DNA of 64,000 nucleotides, taken from Phyllosticta citribraziliensis. Its lineage: Eukaryota. Of this stretch, positions 37,053-49,846 are shown in pieces. Both the position numbers and the translations under genes were made by a program. The stretch covers positions 1,364,001 through 1,428,000 of the forward strand of contig NW_027117349.1 of the NCBI RefSeq assembly GCF_038025025.1. The letters are read 5' to 3'. Positions within the stretch are counted from its first letter, which is position 1; every line of letters starts with the position of its first letter. Below the pieces are notes generated by a model. It was not told the origin of the DNA and did no database searches. It saw nothing but the letters and a program-made list of their open reading frames with translations.

Positions 37053-40000
37053 ATGGACAACTCTTCGCACGGCTTTCTTCCGCAACCTCCGCCGCTCGTC
37101 AATCAGCCACCGCAGATCTTTGGCAACTACAATCCAGATGGCTCGCCCGTACCACCCCACCTGTCGGGGCCTCTGTTCGACGACTCCATGGCCATGGCCC
37201 CGGGTGATGATGGAGACGGCCAGGGCGAGCACAAGCGTCGGCGCATAGCGAGGGTAAGCTGCGCGCAATCCCTCCAACCTCCCAGCTAACTCCCTCGACT
37301 CAGGCTTGCGACATGTGCAGGAAAAAGAAGATCAAATGCGACGGCAAGATGCCCGCATGCTCGCATTGTCAAAACTACAAGACCGAGTGCATCTTTACTC
37401 AGGTTGAAAAGAAGCGCAATCCTCCCAAGGGGTACGCCGTGATTCGTGCTAGCTGTCGAACAATTCTCTCGAGCTTTGGCTGACGATGCTCCAGCGCTAA
37501 ATATATTGAAGGTCTCGAAAACCGCCTGGGTCGAATGGAAAGTCTCCTTAGGCTGTCGGGCCTACTATCCGAAGACGACGACGGGCGCACCGATTTGGGT
37601 ACCCTTGAAAAGCGCCTAGCAGACAAGAGGGCGGAGAGCAGGAATGGTACTGGCTCGTCTCGAACGTCGTACGACGGTGGCTCCACGCAGGCGCGCGATG
37701 CGACTCCGTCGCAAAGAGGCACTCCGCACCAAGTACCGGAAATGCCCAGCCCAAGGAGTGTTGTGACATCGCCGGCGCCGCTGAGGCGAGAAAAGACGCA
37801 GGAACCGCCAGCGCAACCGCCAGCGCCGCCGCAACCGCAAAAGCCCGAAGAGGAAGTCGAGTCGTTATCAGACATGATGTGCTCGCTCGTCACCAATAAT
37901 TGCGGCGAGACACGATACATCGGTACGTTGCACTCGACATCGTGGGTGGTTGCTTTGCTGACAAGTCAGGTTCGTCTTCGGGCTTTTCCATTTTTTCTCC
38001 AAAAGGCATTCAATGGGTCAACGAAAAGACCGGGGACCGGTCATTCCAGGACATGATTTCAAATGCGACCATGGATGACAACAAATGGATGCATTGGAGG
38101 CCCGAAATCTTCAGGGACATCTTCACCCGCCGTGTATTCAAGCCCCTGCCTCCCAAAGACGAAGCATTTTCCCTTCTCAAGGACTTCTTTGCCAATTTCA
38201 ACTGCATGTTCCCTTTATTCCACGAGCCAACCTTTATGCACTTGGTCGACAAGCACTACTCGAGCGATCCTTATGAAGGATCTGGATGGTGGGCAAGCTT
38301 GAACGTGGCTCTTGCCATTGCCCACAGACTCCGCGTCATGAGCAACCTTGTACCGCAGGACGAGGACAACAAGGCCTGGGGCTACCTGAAGAATGCGCTG
38401 GCGGTACAGACGGAATTGACGATTCGAAATACCGACCTTCTCAGTGTCCAGGCACTCCTCGGCATGGCTCTTTTCCTCCAGGGCACTCCCAATCCCCAGC
38501 CGTCATTTTTCCTCGTCGCAGCTGCGCTAAGGTTGGCACACAGCATTGGCCTGCACAAACGAGGCTCCAATTTCAATCTGAATCCCTCCGAGATCGAGCA
38601 ACGAAAGCGTGTCTTTTGGATCGCCTACATGCTGGACCGAGACATTTGTCTTCGCTCCGGACGTCCGCCAATCCAGGATGATGACGACATGAATGTGGAA
38701 CTGCCGAGCGACGACCCTCCCGACAACGTGGGCAACATCCCTCTCGCCGATGGCAAAGGCAAAGTGAACCTCTTCCGCCTCATGTGCACCTTTGCCGTCA
38801 TTGAGAGCAAAGTGTACAAACAGCTCTACTCGGTCAAGGCATCTAAACAGTCCGATGGAGAACTCCTCAACACGATTGGCGAGCTGGACAGGGAGCTCGA
38901 GGATTGGAAAGATGGCATCCCCATCGACTTTAGGCCTGAACACGAGATTAAGGCTTTTCACACCCCTCTCGTTCTCCACATTGTCGTTTTGCATTTTGCG
39001 TACTACAACTGCCTTACGACCATCCACCGCATGTCGGTACACCACGGCTACTGGACCAGCAGGCTATCCAATTTTGCCATCCAAGGCTTGAATGCAAGAC
39101 CACTCAACCCACGAGTCTTTTCGTCCGCCGCTCTCTGCGTTCAGGCTGCAAGGGCGTCCATCAATCTAATCAAATACATTCCCAAGGGTGACTTTGCCTG
39201 TGTATGGTAAGAAAGCCTTCAAGATGGCAGCTTCTGACGGTTGTTGACAGGAAAGTAGGTTGATCATATACTATCCAGTGTCATCTTTGGTGACACTCTT
39301 CGCCAACATCCTCCAAAACCCTCAGGATACCCGCGCGCGCTCCGACTTGAAGCTTATGAATCTCGTCGTCACTTTCCTCTCCGCGCTCGTCACGGATGAA
39401 GGCAATGGCAGCACCCACCGGATGTTGAGCATATGTGCCGAGTTCGAGCGGATAGCTCGGGTTGTGCTGGAAAAGGCTGACAAGGAGTCGACATCACGAC
39501 GAAAAAAGAGGCAACAAGAAGATGACAGGGGTACCCTCAATGGCGAACAACGAGATACGAGCCCACGCACAGAACGCCAGCAGCAGACGCCCAAGGAGAA
39601 ACGCAGGCCCACTTCAAGATCCAATACTGTGGAGGACGGGGACCAAATGCAAATATCTCCTGGCTCAACCACTGAGCAAAACAGAGGAGGCTACCCTCAC
39701 TCCATGACCCCCAACTTTGCTGATGCGGTGAGCATTGTCCGCCTCTACAAATGAACCCGACTGACTGTTCTAGAACTTCGGATTCTCTCCTTCCATGACG
39801 CACGGCTCCCTTCATCAAGGCCCATGGATGCCCGACTTCTCGACTGCTCAGTACCCCCAACATCCAGGCTGCACTGTGCCTCCACACTCCAGCAATTCGC
39901 CCTTCCCGCCGAACCAGCCAGTGCTCGGTCCGGTTCCAAGCCCACTTCAAGGAGGCATCGGCTTGGGCGGCGCTCCGGGTGGAGGCCTCGACATGGGCTC

Positions 40001-40268
40001 TTTCCAGCAACCATTTGTCCCTCAAGATCTTTGGCAAATGCCCATGACGCTCGAATGGGATTGGGCAGACGTAACAGGATATGCCGGGGGCTTCGAAGAT
40101 GCGGCCATGGCAGGCATCGGCATGAATGGAGTTTTGAACGAAGGTCTGATACCAGACGCCGCTGGACACGTCAACGGGCGAAGTCCACAGCCAAACCACG
40201 CCCCACATCATCAACATCATCAACAACAACAACAAAATCACCACGGGAGACATGGCAGCGAAGGCTGA
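37053..40268 (+). CDS. atrR: Zn(II)2Cys6 transcription factor, AtrR/FTF2-like
   Basis: KRRRIAR^[29 protein letters not shown]...RNPPKG^[18 protein letters not shown]; Fungal_trans region [12 protein letters not shown]-terminal [18 protein letters not shown]. Orthology is from recall only. Confidence 0.85.
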
Positions 40269-41404
40269 CAAAATTAATAACGACTGGGCTGTCAAAAGGA
40301 AATAGAGCTTGGGCCAGCGACGATGGAGGGGTATGATGGTAGATGCGGAGTCGGCTTTGCTTGCGGTATTTTGGCGTCTGCGTCTTCCACTGCCATTCTA
40401 CGCACACGTCGCTTGTATGCATGGCTTGAATCATGACCACTTTCTTGGCTTTTCCACCGCGGTATCTACTTGTACAGTACCTACAACAATTCGGTTCTCT
40501 AATAGCTTGTACTCACTTAGAGATGAACAAACAACTCTTCTCCATTCGGTTTATCCAGAGCAAAAAGCTACGAGGAAAGCTTCGCGGTGATATGGTGCTA
40601 ATGCCGCTAACGCCGGCATGGGTATTGTTGCTCGACGACGGGAGTGAACGGCACGCGGACCGGATCGGACGGACGGACGATGTCGTCTGCTCGGCTCTCT
40701 TGTCCTTGGTTGTTGTAGGCTTGACACTTGCTGGGTGGGTTTGAATGGTTGAAAGGGGGTGCTCCCGCCAAGAGACTGATCATGTTAGAGGTTGGGGTTG
40801 AGTCTGCGAGCGATGGGCCGAGTCTCTCAAGAGATCTTTCGGTACGCATACGCAGGGCTCTGACGTTGATTCTGTCGAGTCTTCTCGACTGAATCTTCTT
40901 CAATGCATTATGGCGGAGTAATGTGTAGAGGAATGCCATATTTGGCCGATCTTGCAGAGCGAGCTAATGTATCAGATTGTTGGAGAGCTCCGTGCGCGAG
41001 AATGAAACAACCGTGCGCAGGTATGAAATCGCTTCCGACGTTCGACGTTGGACGGCCAGCGGGTTGCCGTTTTGGGCGTTGGCTGTGATTCTGCGATGGT
41101 CACTTTTTCGGACTAGCGTCTCACGTGACCGAATTCCTGGCTCCGCCGAAGCAGCTCTTCGACGCCGACGTCGACGCATCTTTGACCAAGGGACCACCAT
41201 CAAACCTATCGCCGCCGCACGCCAATTCTGCTCAATCGTACGTCTACCCTCGCTCCGGAGTCCTCTGGCGTCGCCCCAACATCCTGGATCGCCCTCGACC
41301 CGACGCAACCCTGCTGCCCGCACGATCTCAAGCTCCATCATCGACCTTCAACCGGAACCGCGAGCGCTAATACACTGTGAACCACGCAGGGCATCACCGT
41401 AGCC

Positions 41405-41915
41405 ATGTCTGCTGCACGCTTCTTCCGCCCTCTTACCCGCGCCGTCCAGCGCCAGGCGTTCGCCGCGCCTGCCAGCGCCCGCACCGGCCTCCGCGTTGCG
41501 CCCTTCACGCCCAACGTCAACGGCCAGGCCCAGCAGCCTCTTGTTGAGCGCTCCGTCGCCGAGAAGGCCCAGGTACGGAGACTCTCCCTATCATTACAAT
41601 TTGAGTTCCGTTGGTGCGGTCAGGCTCCAGACGAAAAAGAGCTCCGGTGCCGGAACACACGGGGTGGTGCTTCACCTCACCGGATGAGACCGCAGCAGAC
41701 TATTCAAAGGCTGGAGAACCATTGCTGACAGCATATGCGCACCCCGACAGACCGTCCTCTACGCCGGCATGCCCCAGCTCGTCCCCTTCTACTGGGTCAA
41801 CGAGGCCACGTTCGGCTTCATCATCCTGCCCTCGCTCATCTACGTCTTCTCCAAGTACCTGCTGCCGCAGAACGTGCGCCGCATGTGCGCCCGCCTCTTC
41901 ATCAGCAAGCTCTAA
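41405..41915 (+). CDS. atp8: Nucleus-encoded mitochondrial ATP synthase subunit 8 with presequence (exons 41405-41572, 41751-41915)
   Basis: Exon 2 encodes TVLYAG-MPQLVPFYWVNEATFGFIILPSLIYVFSKYLLPQNVRRMCARLFISKL* (48 aa from MPQL). Exon 1 begins with an Arg/Ala-rich amphipathic leader. Confidence 0.93.
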
Positions 41916-42515
41916 GCGCGAGTCTGCCTCAACACGGACAGCATTTGGGAGAGAGAGGATTGCCACGGGATGGGATATTTCGAGATTGGTTGCTGCTGGC
42001 ATAGCGCGCCCGGCGTGTAGATAATTGCATTGACGCTTGCAATTGAGAGTCTGCGTAGTTTGTGGCTACAGGTTATCGGTGATGCGTTGAATTTGTTTTT
42101 GGGGGATGCCAATGGGGTTGATCTACTGACCCTGATCGCAGCCTTCACGCCTGATCGTCTCCGAATCAGCAGCACGGTAAGTCAACTTCATTCAGGTCTG
42201 TCGAATTCCAGTCTGCAGATTCTGGTCCATTGCGTGGGTCCAAGATGATGCCCAGCGCCTTCTCTCAGACCTCACTCCTTCCTTTTTAGTCAATCTCCTT
42301 GGTCTGAAATCGACCAGCAAGACGGCCGCTGCGAGAACAACAACAAGGATACTGATCATTCACTACGCCCATCTTTTGATCTTGGATCGTTCGTTTGCCA
42401 GCTTACTGGATTGCATCAAAGCACCGAGTCTGCCTTTCACGCCAACCACTAAATCTCTTGCTTCGTCGACTGCAGCGTGTTCGAGACTGGGCAGATTTCG
42501 GCGACGTGTTTCCTC

Positions 42516-43676
42516 ATGTCCGACTCTGAATTCGATGAGCGGGCTATTTGTGAGATCGTTGAGTCGAATCGATCGCCCGAGCCCAAAGACGAAGAGAGCT
42601 ACATGCCCTTTACTACCGGAGCCTTCATTGCCTCGCCACAATACGTTCCGCGGGAGATCCGCAGGGACCTATTCAAAGAGTCGCCTGTCAGGATCGTCAA
42701 CGAATCGATGCCCACAGATTCGCCGCTACACAAAAATGGCAACACTGCAGGAGTCGGCTACTACCTTTTGCGCGTTTTTGCGCCAGATTTGTGGAAACGC
42801 CACCCATGTTCCCCGAGTTGCGAACCTGTGATTTCTCTGCCGGACGGTGTCGCGAACGACGCGCAGCTGAATACCCTGCTCTGGTGGATGCGCGAGTGGA
42901 TGGAAGACGGACTTGACTGGATGGAAGACGGACTTGACTGGATGGAAGACGGACCTGACGTTTCGAACGACGAGGAAATGGATACAGACGACGAGGGAAT
43001 GGATACGGACGAGGAGAAAATGGATACAGACGACGAAAACAACGATGAAAACGACGACGCCGACGACGCGACAGAACAATCAGACTGGCAAGACGACGGT
43101 ATGAGTTCTACCAATTTCTATCTCTATCCTCCGCTGCCTCCGCTCTTCACGCACCCGCTAGACCCTCCACGCACCGCAAAATGGATCGACTGGAACCCCT
43201 GTCCACGGTTGCTCTCCCAGCCACCAGTCTCCGAATCCATCACGGTAACGCTGCTCCCTCTCCTGGGCGCCACCGTCGCCTTAGGCATCAATAGCGCGCG
43301 AAACGAAATAGTCGACATAATACGCGACCTCGTCAGAGAACGGCCACTGCGGGCCGAGGAGCTTGAGGCATTGACCCGCTGTTTAGAGCCCAAGAACAGA
43401 CTATTGCACCGCATCTTCAGCTGCATAGGCGAGCGGTTCAGCCGCCGACGCGTGTTAGGAGGCGACGAACGCGCCTTTTTACTCGAACATTGCGAGCTGT
43501 TGGAGATTGTGTTGCACGTGGCCGAATTCGAGCGGATTGTGAATGAGAAGAGCTACTTGTCCAAGCTAATTCACGGGGAGGACTTGGACACGATTGTTCG
43601 CGAGGCGCGCGACGAAAAGATATTGGGATGGTTGCAGGGGTTGCCTGAAGAACTAGAAGAACACGAGGAATGGTGA
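42516..43676 (+). CDS. Hypothetical acidic protein with internal 7-aa repeats
   Basis: About 1.2-kb ORF. No family recognised; the start is uncertain. Confidence 0.6.
   Translation: MSDSEFDERAICEIVESNRSPEPKDEESYMPFTTGAFIASPQYVPREIRRDLFKESPVRIVNESMPTDSPLHKNGNTAGVGYYLLRVFAPDLWKRHPCSPSCEPVISLPDGVANDAQLNTLLWWMREWMEDGLDWMEDGLDWMEDGPDVSNDEEMDTDDEGMDTDEEKMDTDDENNDENDDADDATEQSDWQDDGMSSTNFYLYPPLPPLFTHPLDPPRTAKWIDWNPCPRLLSQPPVSESITVTLLPLLGATVALGINSARNEIVDIIRDLVRERPLRAEELEALTRCLEPKNRLLHRIFSCIGERFSRRRVLGGDERAFLLEHCELLEIVLHVAEFERIVNEKSYLSKLIHGEDLDTIVREARDEKILGWLQGLPEELEEHEEW
42897..43035 (+). repeat. Two adjacent in-frame 21-bp minisatellites (WMEDGLD x3; MDTDDEx x3)
   Basis: TGGATGGAAGACGGACYTGAC at 42897, 42918 and 42939, followed by ATGGATACRGAC units. 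Confidence 0.9.
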
Positions 43677-44597
43677 CGGAGCGGTCGCTGCAAAATTCAT
43701 GTACCTTTCTTTATCCCTTTCCTTTCAGGCCTTTCAGGTGTTGGGAGCGAATGGACGACGTTGTTGACGGAGAGAAAGACGCGCTCTTTGTTTGCCGCGC
43801 TTGTACTGTTTAAGGTTTAAGAACGCGCCGCCGCAGGTTGAGCGGCGACTGGTGCGCGTGGAAAGCTAGAATATTCTAGCTGGAGAGCTGCCCGTTAGCT
43901 CGACCGCTGCAGATATCTATGCACGCTGCATCCGTCGGGTTGATCAAGTGACATCTGGTAGAAGGGGAGCAGTGCTGCTGACGGAGGGGAGTGACGGCGA
44001 GATGTGCATGATAAGAGAGTTGCACCAGGCGGCAAGTTCTGATGGCAGATTCTGGCGTCGATTGGCCCCGAATCTTACCTTTGACCTGACATGTCGCCAG
44101 AGCTGGCAGTGATGGGTGGGCTGATGGAGCAGACGGCGGTAAGTTGTAGTGGATGGAAGATGGAAGAGACGGTCACGGATCGTCGTAGGACGTTGACGTG
44201 GTGGTGTGTGGGTGATGTAAAATGGAGGAGCGATTGCGTCTGAGCGCGGCGACGTGATGGCGATTCGCCGCCGTACAAAGCAGCGGTGACGGATGGAGCA
44301 TGGCTCTGGACTGGAGTTTTTCGTGTAAGGTCGAGTTTGTGGATACTGTACCGTACCGTGGTCGATGGTCGATGGGCGTGAGGCGTCTGGTCAGGCAGGC
44401 AGTCGGGGTGCCCCGCGACCATCGCTGCAGCTACAGTAGTGGCCCGCTGCCCTGACATCTGCCAAACGTCAACCACACCAGGTCGTCAGTCTCCCCGCCC
44501 GTCCGTCAATCCAGGTCCCTTGCCTTGCCTCTGCGTCCAAAGGACTCCTCCGCCGGTCGTCTTTTGATCCCCCCAGGAGCTCCGACTGCAGCTCTCC

Positions 44598-47500
44598 ATG
44601 GCGCGCCTCCGTCTCGGAAATCCCTTGGCCTTCACTCCGCTTCCCGTGATCTTCTGGACGTGCCTCATCTACATTGCCATCGCCGCCGGCCTGCTCTACG
44701 TCCATCACGTCGTGCCGTCTGCGCCCGCCCGCGAGGCTCCCGTCCCTGGCATCAATCTGACCGAGTCCTGGCGCGACTTGCAGTACCTGTCCAATGGCTT
44801 CCATCCGTACAACTCGCGGCGCAACGACCAGGTCCGCAATTGGCTGCTGACCCGCATCGAGGCCATTCTCAACCGCAACAATGTTTCCTTCGTCACCGAC
44901 CAGACCGGCGGCAGCGTCGATGATGCTCCCGTCGTGCTCTACAACGACATGACCTCCAACGTCACGTTTTCTAGCCGTTCCACCAGCATCTACTTTGAGG
45001 GGACTAACATCATGGTCTACATCCGCGGCGCCGAAGATATTCCCGGCAACGTCGAGGACTCCAGCACCGGCGGCGTCTTGGTGAATGCCCACTACGACAG
45101 CGTCTCGACCGGCTTTGGTGCCACGGACGACGGCGTCGGCGTCATTTCCATTCTGCAGTTGATTTCCTACTTCACCACGCCCGGAAACCAGCCCAAGCGG
45201 GGCATCGTTGCTCTCCTGAACAACGGAGAGGAAGACTGGCTCAATGGCGCCAAGGCCTTTACAGAGCATCCTCTGTCCTACTTTCCGCACACCTTTCTTA
45301 ACCTCGAGGGCGCGGGTGCCGGTGGCAGGGCTACCCTTTTCCGCAGCACAGACACCGAAGTGACGCGGTTCTACCAGAAGAGCAAGCACCCCTTTGGTTC
45401 CGTCATCAGTGCGGACGGCTTCAAGCGAGGTGTCATTCGCAGCGGCACAGACTACTCCATCTTCACAGAAGACATGGGCCTGCGCGGCCTCGACGTGGCT
45501 TTCATGGAGCCACGAGCAAAGTACCACACGGTCGAAGACGGCGCCAGAGATACTTCGCTCGACTCGGTCTGGCACATGCTTTCCGGCGCCCTGGAAACGA
45601 CCAAAGGCCTGACTTCTTACACGGGCGAAGAATTCGAGGGCGGGCCCGACGGCACCGGGGACGGTAGCAACGGCGTTTGGTTTGACCTCTTTGGCAGCGC
45701 GTTCGCCGTCTTCCAGCTCCATACTCTCTTTGCGCTTTCCGTGGCGCTTTTGGTCGTGGCACCACTTGTCCTGATTGGCGTGACTGCTGCTCTCGCTAGA
45801 AGCGACAAGTGGTACCTCTTTGCCCGGAAAAAGTACCTGCACTCCTCGGATGACGACGAAGCATATCCTTTGTACGGATGGCGTGGGTTCTTTCGCTTCC
45901 CTGTTGCCTTTATTATTGCGACCGCCGCGGTCGTCGGCTTGGCCTATTTGGTCACCAAAATTAATCCCGCAGTCGCGTACAGCAGTCAGTATGCTGTGTG
46001 GAGGTATGTTTGTTGTACTTTACTTTGGAACCTTGCTGACACATTACAGCATGATGCTGACGGCATGGTTTTGCATCGCGTGGTTCATTCTCCGTGGGGG
46101 TGCAGCCATGCGTCCCAGCGCCCTGACCCGCGCCTATGGAATCCTTTGGATGTACATCTTGTTCTACATTCTGCTTGTGGCAGCGACCGTGGCCACCAAC
46201 AACTACGATATTGCTGGAGTGTACTTCATCCTCATTTACAGCTTCGCCATCTCCCTCGCTCTGCTCATATCGTACCTCGAGCTTTTTATCCTGCCCAAGA
46301 AGAAGACTCATGTTCAGATGATTGCCGATTACGGCTATGAAGGTAGCAGCCAGGGAGGAGACAATCGCCGCACGCAAACTCCTTCCTCTAGCAGACCTCT
46401 GACGGCCGCTACAGCGGTCACAGACCACCCTCCACAACACAAGGGCCGCGATGACCGACGCAACAGCGGTGATGACGATGCTACCGAGGCGACTTCACTG
46501 CTCCGTGGGGACCGACAAACGACTTTTGCCAGGGGTTATGGAAGTCGCCATGGCTCCCGGCGTGCTTCCATAGACGCCCGCTCTGCTCTGTCCATCCCTA
46601 CGAGTCGCGTTGGCAATGGTCAGTCCAATGGAAGCATACCCACACCCGCATTCCCCCGCGAGCAGTCTTGGAGCGGGTATCTGCCACGCTGGACGTGGCT
46701 GTTGCAGCTCCTCATCCTTGGACCGATCAACATCATCCTAGTAGGCCAGCTCGGGCTCTTGCAGACATCGGCCTTGCACCAAACCATAGCCGACGGATCA
46801 TCGGCGCTGCTTGTGTATCTAATGATTGCAGTTTTCTCCGCCTTTTTGCTTTTGCCCGTTCTCCCTTTCTTGCACCGCTTCACTGCACACGTTCCTGCAT
46901 TTCTGTTTGTCATTTGCATTGCGAGTCTGCTGTATAATCTTTTGGCATTCCCGTTCAGCTCGAACAACCGGCTCAAGGTCTACTTCATCCAGCGCGTCGA
47001 CTTGGATTCAGGCCGGAACGAGGTCTCCCTTACGGGCCTGGATGAATACGTCCAGCAAGTCGTCAAGCAATTGCCGAGTACCTCGGGCCAGGAGGTCAAG
47101 TGCGGTCCCCCGGATGCCGCCAACAGGGCTGGTTTGGTCAAATGCGCGTGGCAAGGGCTGATGCCAGAGGTCGTGCCGAGAAAGTCCAACACTTCGACTG
47201 CAGCCAACGATGTGGCGACATATCCTTCCAACGACCTCAAGTTCCTGAGCACTTGGGTGCATGTCAACGCCTCGCGCGACAACCCTGCTGACAAGGCCGC
47301 CACTATTGCCATATCAGGCCTCAACACGCGCAGCTGCCGCCTCTTCTTCGACAGCGCGCCCGCCACGGCGCTCTCGGTCCGCGGCGCCAGTACCAGCGGC
47401 CGCTTCGACCATGTCGACAAAGACGCCGGCGGCACCAGGGAGGTACGGCTGTGGAGTCGCGAGTGGGACAGGGAGTGGATCGTCGATGTCGAGTGGGACG

Positions 47501-47901
47501 GCACGAACGGCGACGACGACGGCGATGACGGCGAGGGCGAGCGCTGCAAGGGCCGCAGGTGTCCTGGACGCGGTCGCAGCGGGCGGCATCGCTGGCCGCA
47601 AGACGTCGACGTCAACGCCGACGCTGCCGGCGCGGTCGCAGGACATGCTGGGGAGCTGCTGCTGGCCAAGAGAAGCGCGGTGGAGGCCGAGCTCGAAGCA
47701 GAAGACAATGTCGACGACGGTGACGACAGAATCGCCCCGTCCAACGGCCTCGACGGCCGCGCCGTCTGCATCTGGAGCGACGCCAACACTCCCGGCACCA
47801 TTCCCGCCCTCGACGAGGTGCGCGCCATGGCGCCCACGTGGGCCATTGTCAGCAAACTGGCAGACGGCCTCGTCGAGGGCTCGAAGCGCTTTGTCGTCTG
47901 A
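44598..47901 (+). CDS. PFF1: Vacuolar membrane metalloprotease (M28), intron 46004-46049
   Basis: [52 protein letters not shown]; multiple TMs; C-terminal DGLVEG. Confidence 0.92.
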
Positions 47902-48522
47902 GGTTTTCTTCGGAGGTGGTGAACTAGGGGATGCGTGGAATGATATGGTCGACTCATGGATGAATGGATGGATGGGTATGAGGACTCGTTCGCTTCGCTT
48001 GCTCGCTCTCGCGCACAGGTCATATGTTACCCACGACTGCACTACACCGCGCTGGTTTTGACGACTGGGAGGAGGTAACGAGGTGAGACGAACCAATGAA
48101 TACGAATGCTGTAATTGAGGCACAGAGGTGGATAGGGGAGAGGGCTGGAGGGACGACATGAAGATGACGCCAGAATGAAATGCGCCACGGACTGGATAGG
48201 ATGATGGGATGAGGTGAACGGGGAAATGGGATGGGATGACGCCAACGCCAACGCCAACGACAGCAACGACGACGCTGCATGTATTTATGTATGTATCTTT
48301 GTATCCCTCTGTATGTATGTTTATGTTTTGCTTGCTACCTGCTTCTCGCGCGTCAGTGTCAGCATAAGCATCAGTGCGAACATTAACAGTCATCTCTCTT
48401 CTCCCTCTTACTCTCCAGTTTGCAGGCATTGTTTACCACTTCGGGTTGGTTATTTCAAGTAACTCGGCCTCAGCGACTGACCCCATACTTCCAAACGAAA
48501 GCCCCAGCAACATCCACGCACC

Positions 48523-48906
48523 TCACGCACTCGCCCCACAACCAGCACCACACCCGCCACTCCCACTCTTCCTGCCCCCCGTCGGCAAACCCCCCCTAAA
48601 CACCCTCCACTCCCGCAAGCGCCCCCGCGCCACCCTAACAAACTCCTCGACAATACTCTCCCCTCTGCCGTCCCAGCCCACCATGTTGAACGCCAGCTCC
48701 TCCGCGTCGTACGGCATGTCGTCCGCGCGCTGGCGCAGCAGCGCCATGTCGTCGGCGAAGCGCTGCAGGCGCTTGATTCGGTCGTGGCAGAGAACTATTT
48801 TGAGTTGGATCAAGGATTGCGCTTTGTGGATTGCGACGTCCAGCGTGGAGAGCTCGGTGAAGGATGCGGAGAGCTCGGCGCGCGTGGGGCGGGTGGTTGG
48901 CGCCAT
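48523..48906 (-). CDS. Small coiled-coil family protein, copy 6 (island B)
   Basis: AELSASFTELSTLDVAIHKAQ...IKRLQRFADDMALLRQRADDMPYDAEELAFNM aligns without gaps to copies 1, 2 and 4. Confidence 0.68.
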   Translation of the reverse strand: MAPTTRPTRAELSASFTELSTLDVAIHKAQSLIQLKIVLCHDRIKRLQRFADDMALLRQRADDMPYDAEELAFNMVGWDGRGESIVEEFVRVARGRLREWRVFRGGLPTGGRKSGSGGCGAGCGASA

Positions 48907-49630
48907 TCTGGTTGGAGAGGGAGCGGTTGCCAGAGGAGCTTGCTGGCGTTGGTTGTGAGTGGTTGAGGGTGGAGGGTGATGGGCGGGGGGTGGCGTACCA
49001 AGATGAGACGTCGTGGCCGTGCAGTCGCGCGGAACTCTCTGGGCAAAGAAAATGTTTGATGAAGTCGAGCGGAGTATAAATTGTCGAGCGAAGTCCTGAA
49101 GTGCTGGTGTCTGCCAGCCTATGTCCATGTGGACATTCTGCCGCAACCTGCTACCTGCTCAGATATGACGCCGTAAACTTCCCGCAAACAGAATCTGGAA
49201 AGAACTTTCGCGCCAAAGAAGCAGACGGTCTTCCGAAGATGCGCAATAGCTACTTTAGCACATGCTTCGGGTAAAAACAACTTCTGTGAATCTCACCATT
49301 GGCATATGAGCCACAAAGAAAATGGAATTGTCTGGATACGTATGGAGTGTTCTTCCTGCACGAAGTGTTTGATCTTGTAAGTGAAGGAAATTCATTGTTT
49401 GGTGTCCCACTTCCAACGTCCTCTACCAGCATTGTTTTCCTGTGATCCCCAGATCTAGCTTTATGATGATCCAAGGACGCCGGCGGCTGCCGTGATATCT
49501 GTCTCCAGCGGTCAGTGTCTGCCAGCGTTGAGATCCATGACCTGGATGCTTACAAACATCATGTTGTCTAGGTGAAACCCGTACCCCAGCCAAAGCAACT
49601 GAGAAGGCCGTCTGCCTCATGGCTCCAACT

Positions 49631-49846
49631 TCACAGCTTGGCCTTGATGTGCGAGGGGCGGCGGCGCGATGGGCCGTGATTGACCATGAATGCGAGCATG
49701 CCGAGTGCACAGGCCTTTCCGAGCAAATCCCTGTTGCGAAGGAGTACATCGACAACCTTCTCCTCTGGCTTGCCGTGAAGCTTCAGCTCAGAGACCAGCT
49801 TCTCGGTGCCTTCGGCGAGCATGAGTTTTGCATTCTGAGGAAGCAT
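49631..49846 (-). CDS. Short basic protein, subfamily B paralog
   Basis: Protein similarity and flanking DNA similarity (about 49470-50130) to 6450-7070. Confidence 0.55.
   Translation of the reverse strand: MLPQNAKLMLAEGTEKLVSELKLHGKPEEKVVDVLLRNRDLLGKACALGMLAFMVNHGPSRRRPSHIKAKL

Noticed and set aside
41600..41705. Hammerhead ribozyme in the atp8 intron (CGGATGA and GAAA present)
   Set aside because: The core does not match CUGANGA, and GAAA is not placed after the stem II strand.
44469..48429. Long minus-strand ORFs (457, 347 and 371 aa)
   Set aside because: Antisense to PFF1, with no motifs of their own.
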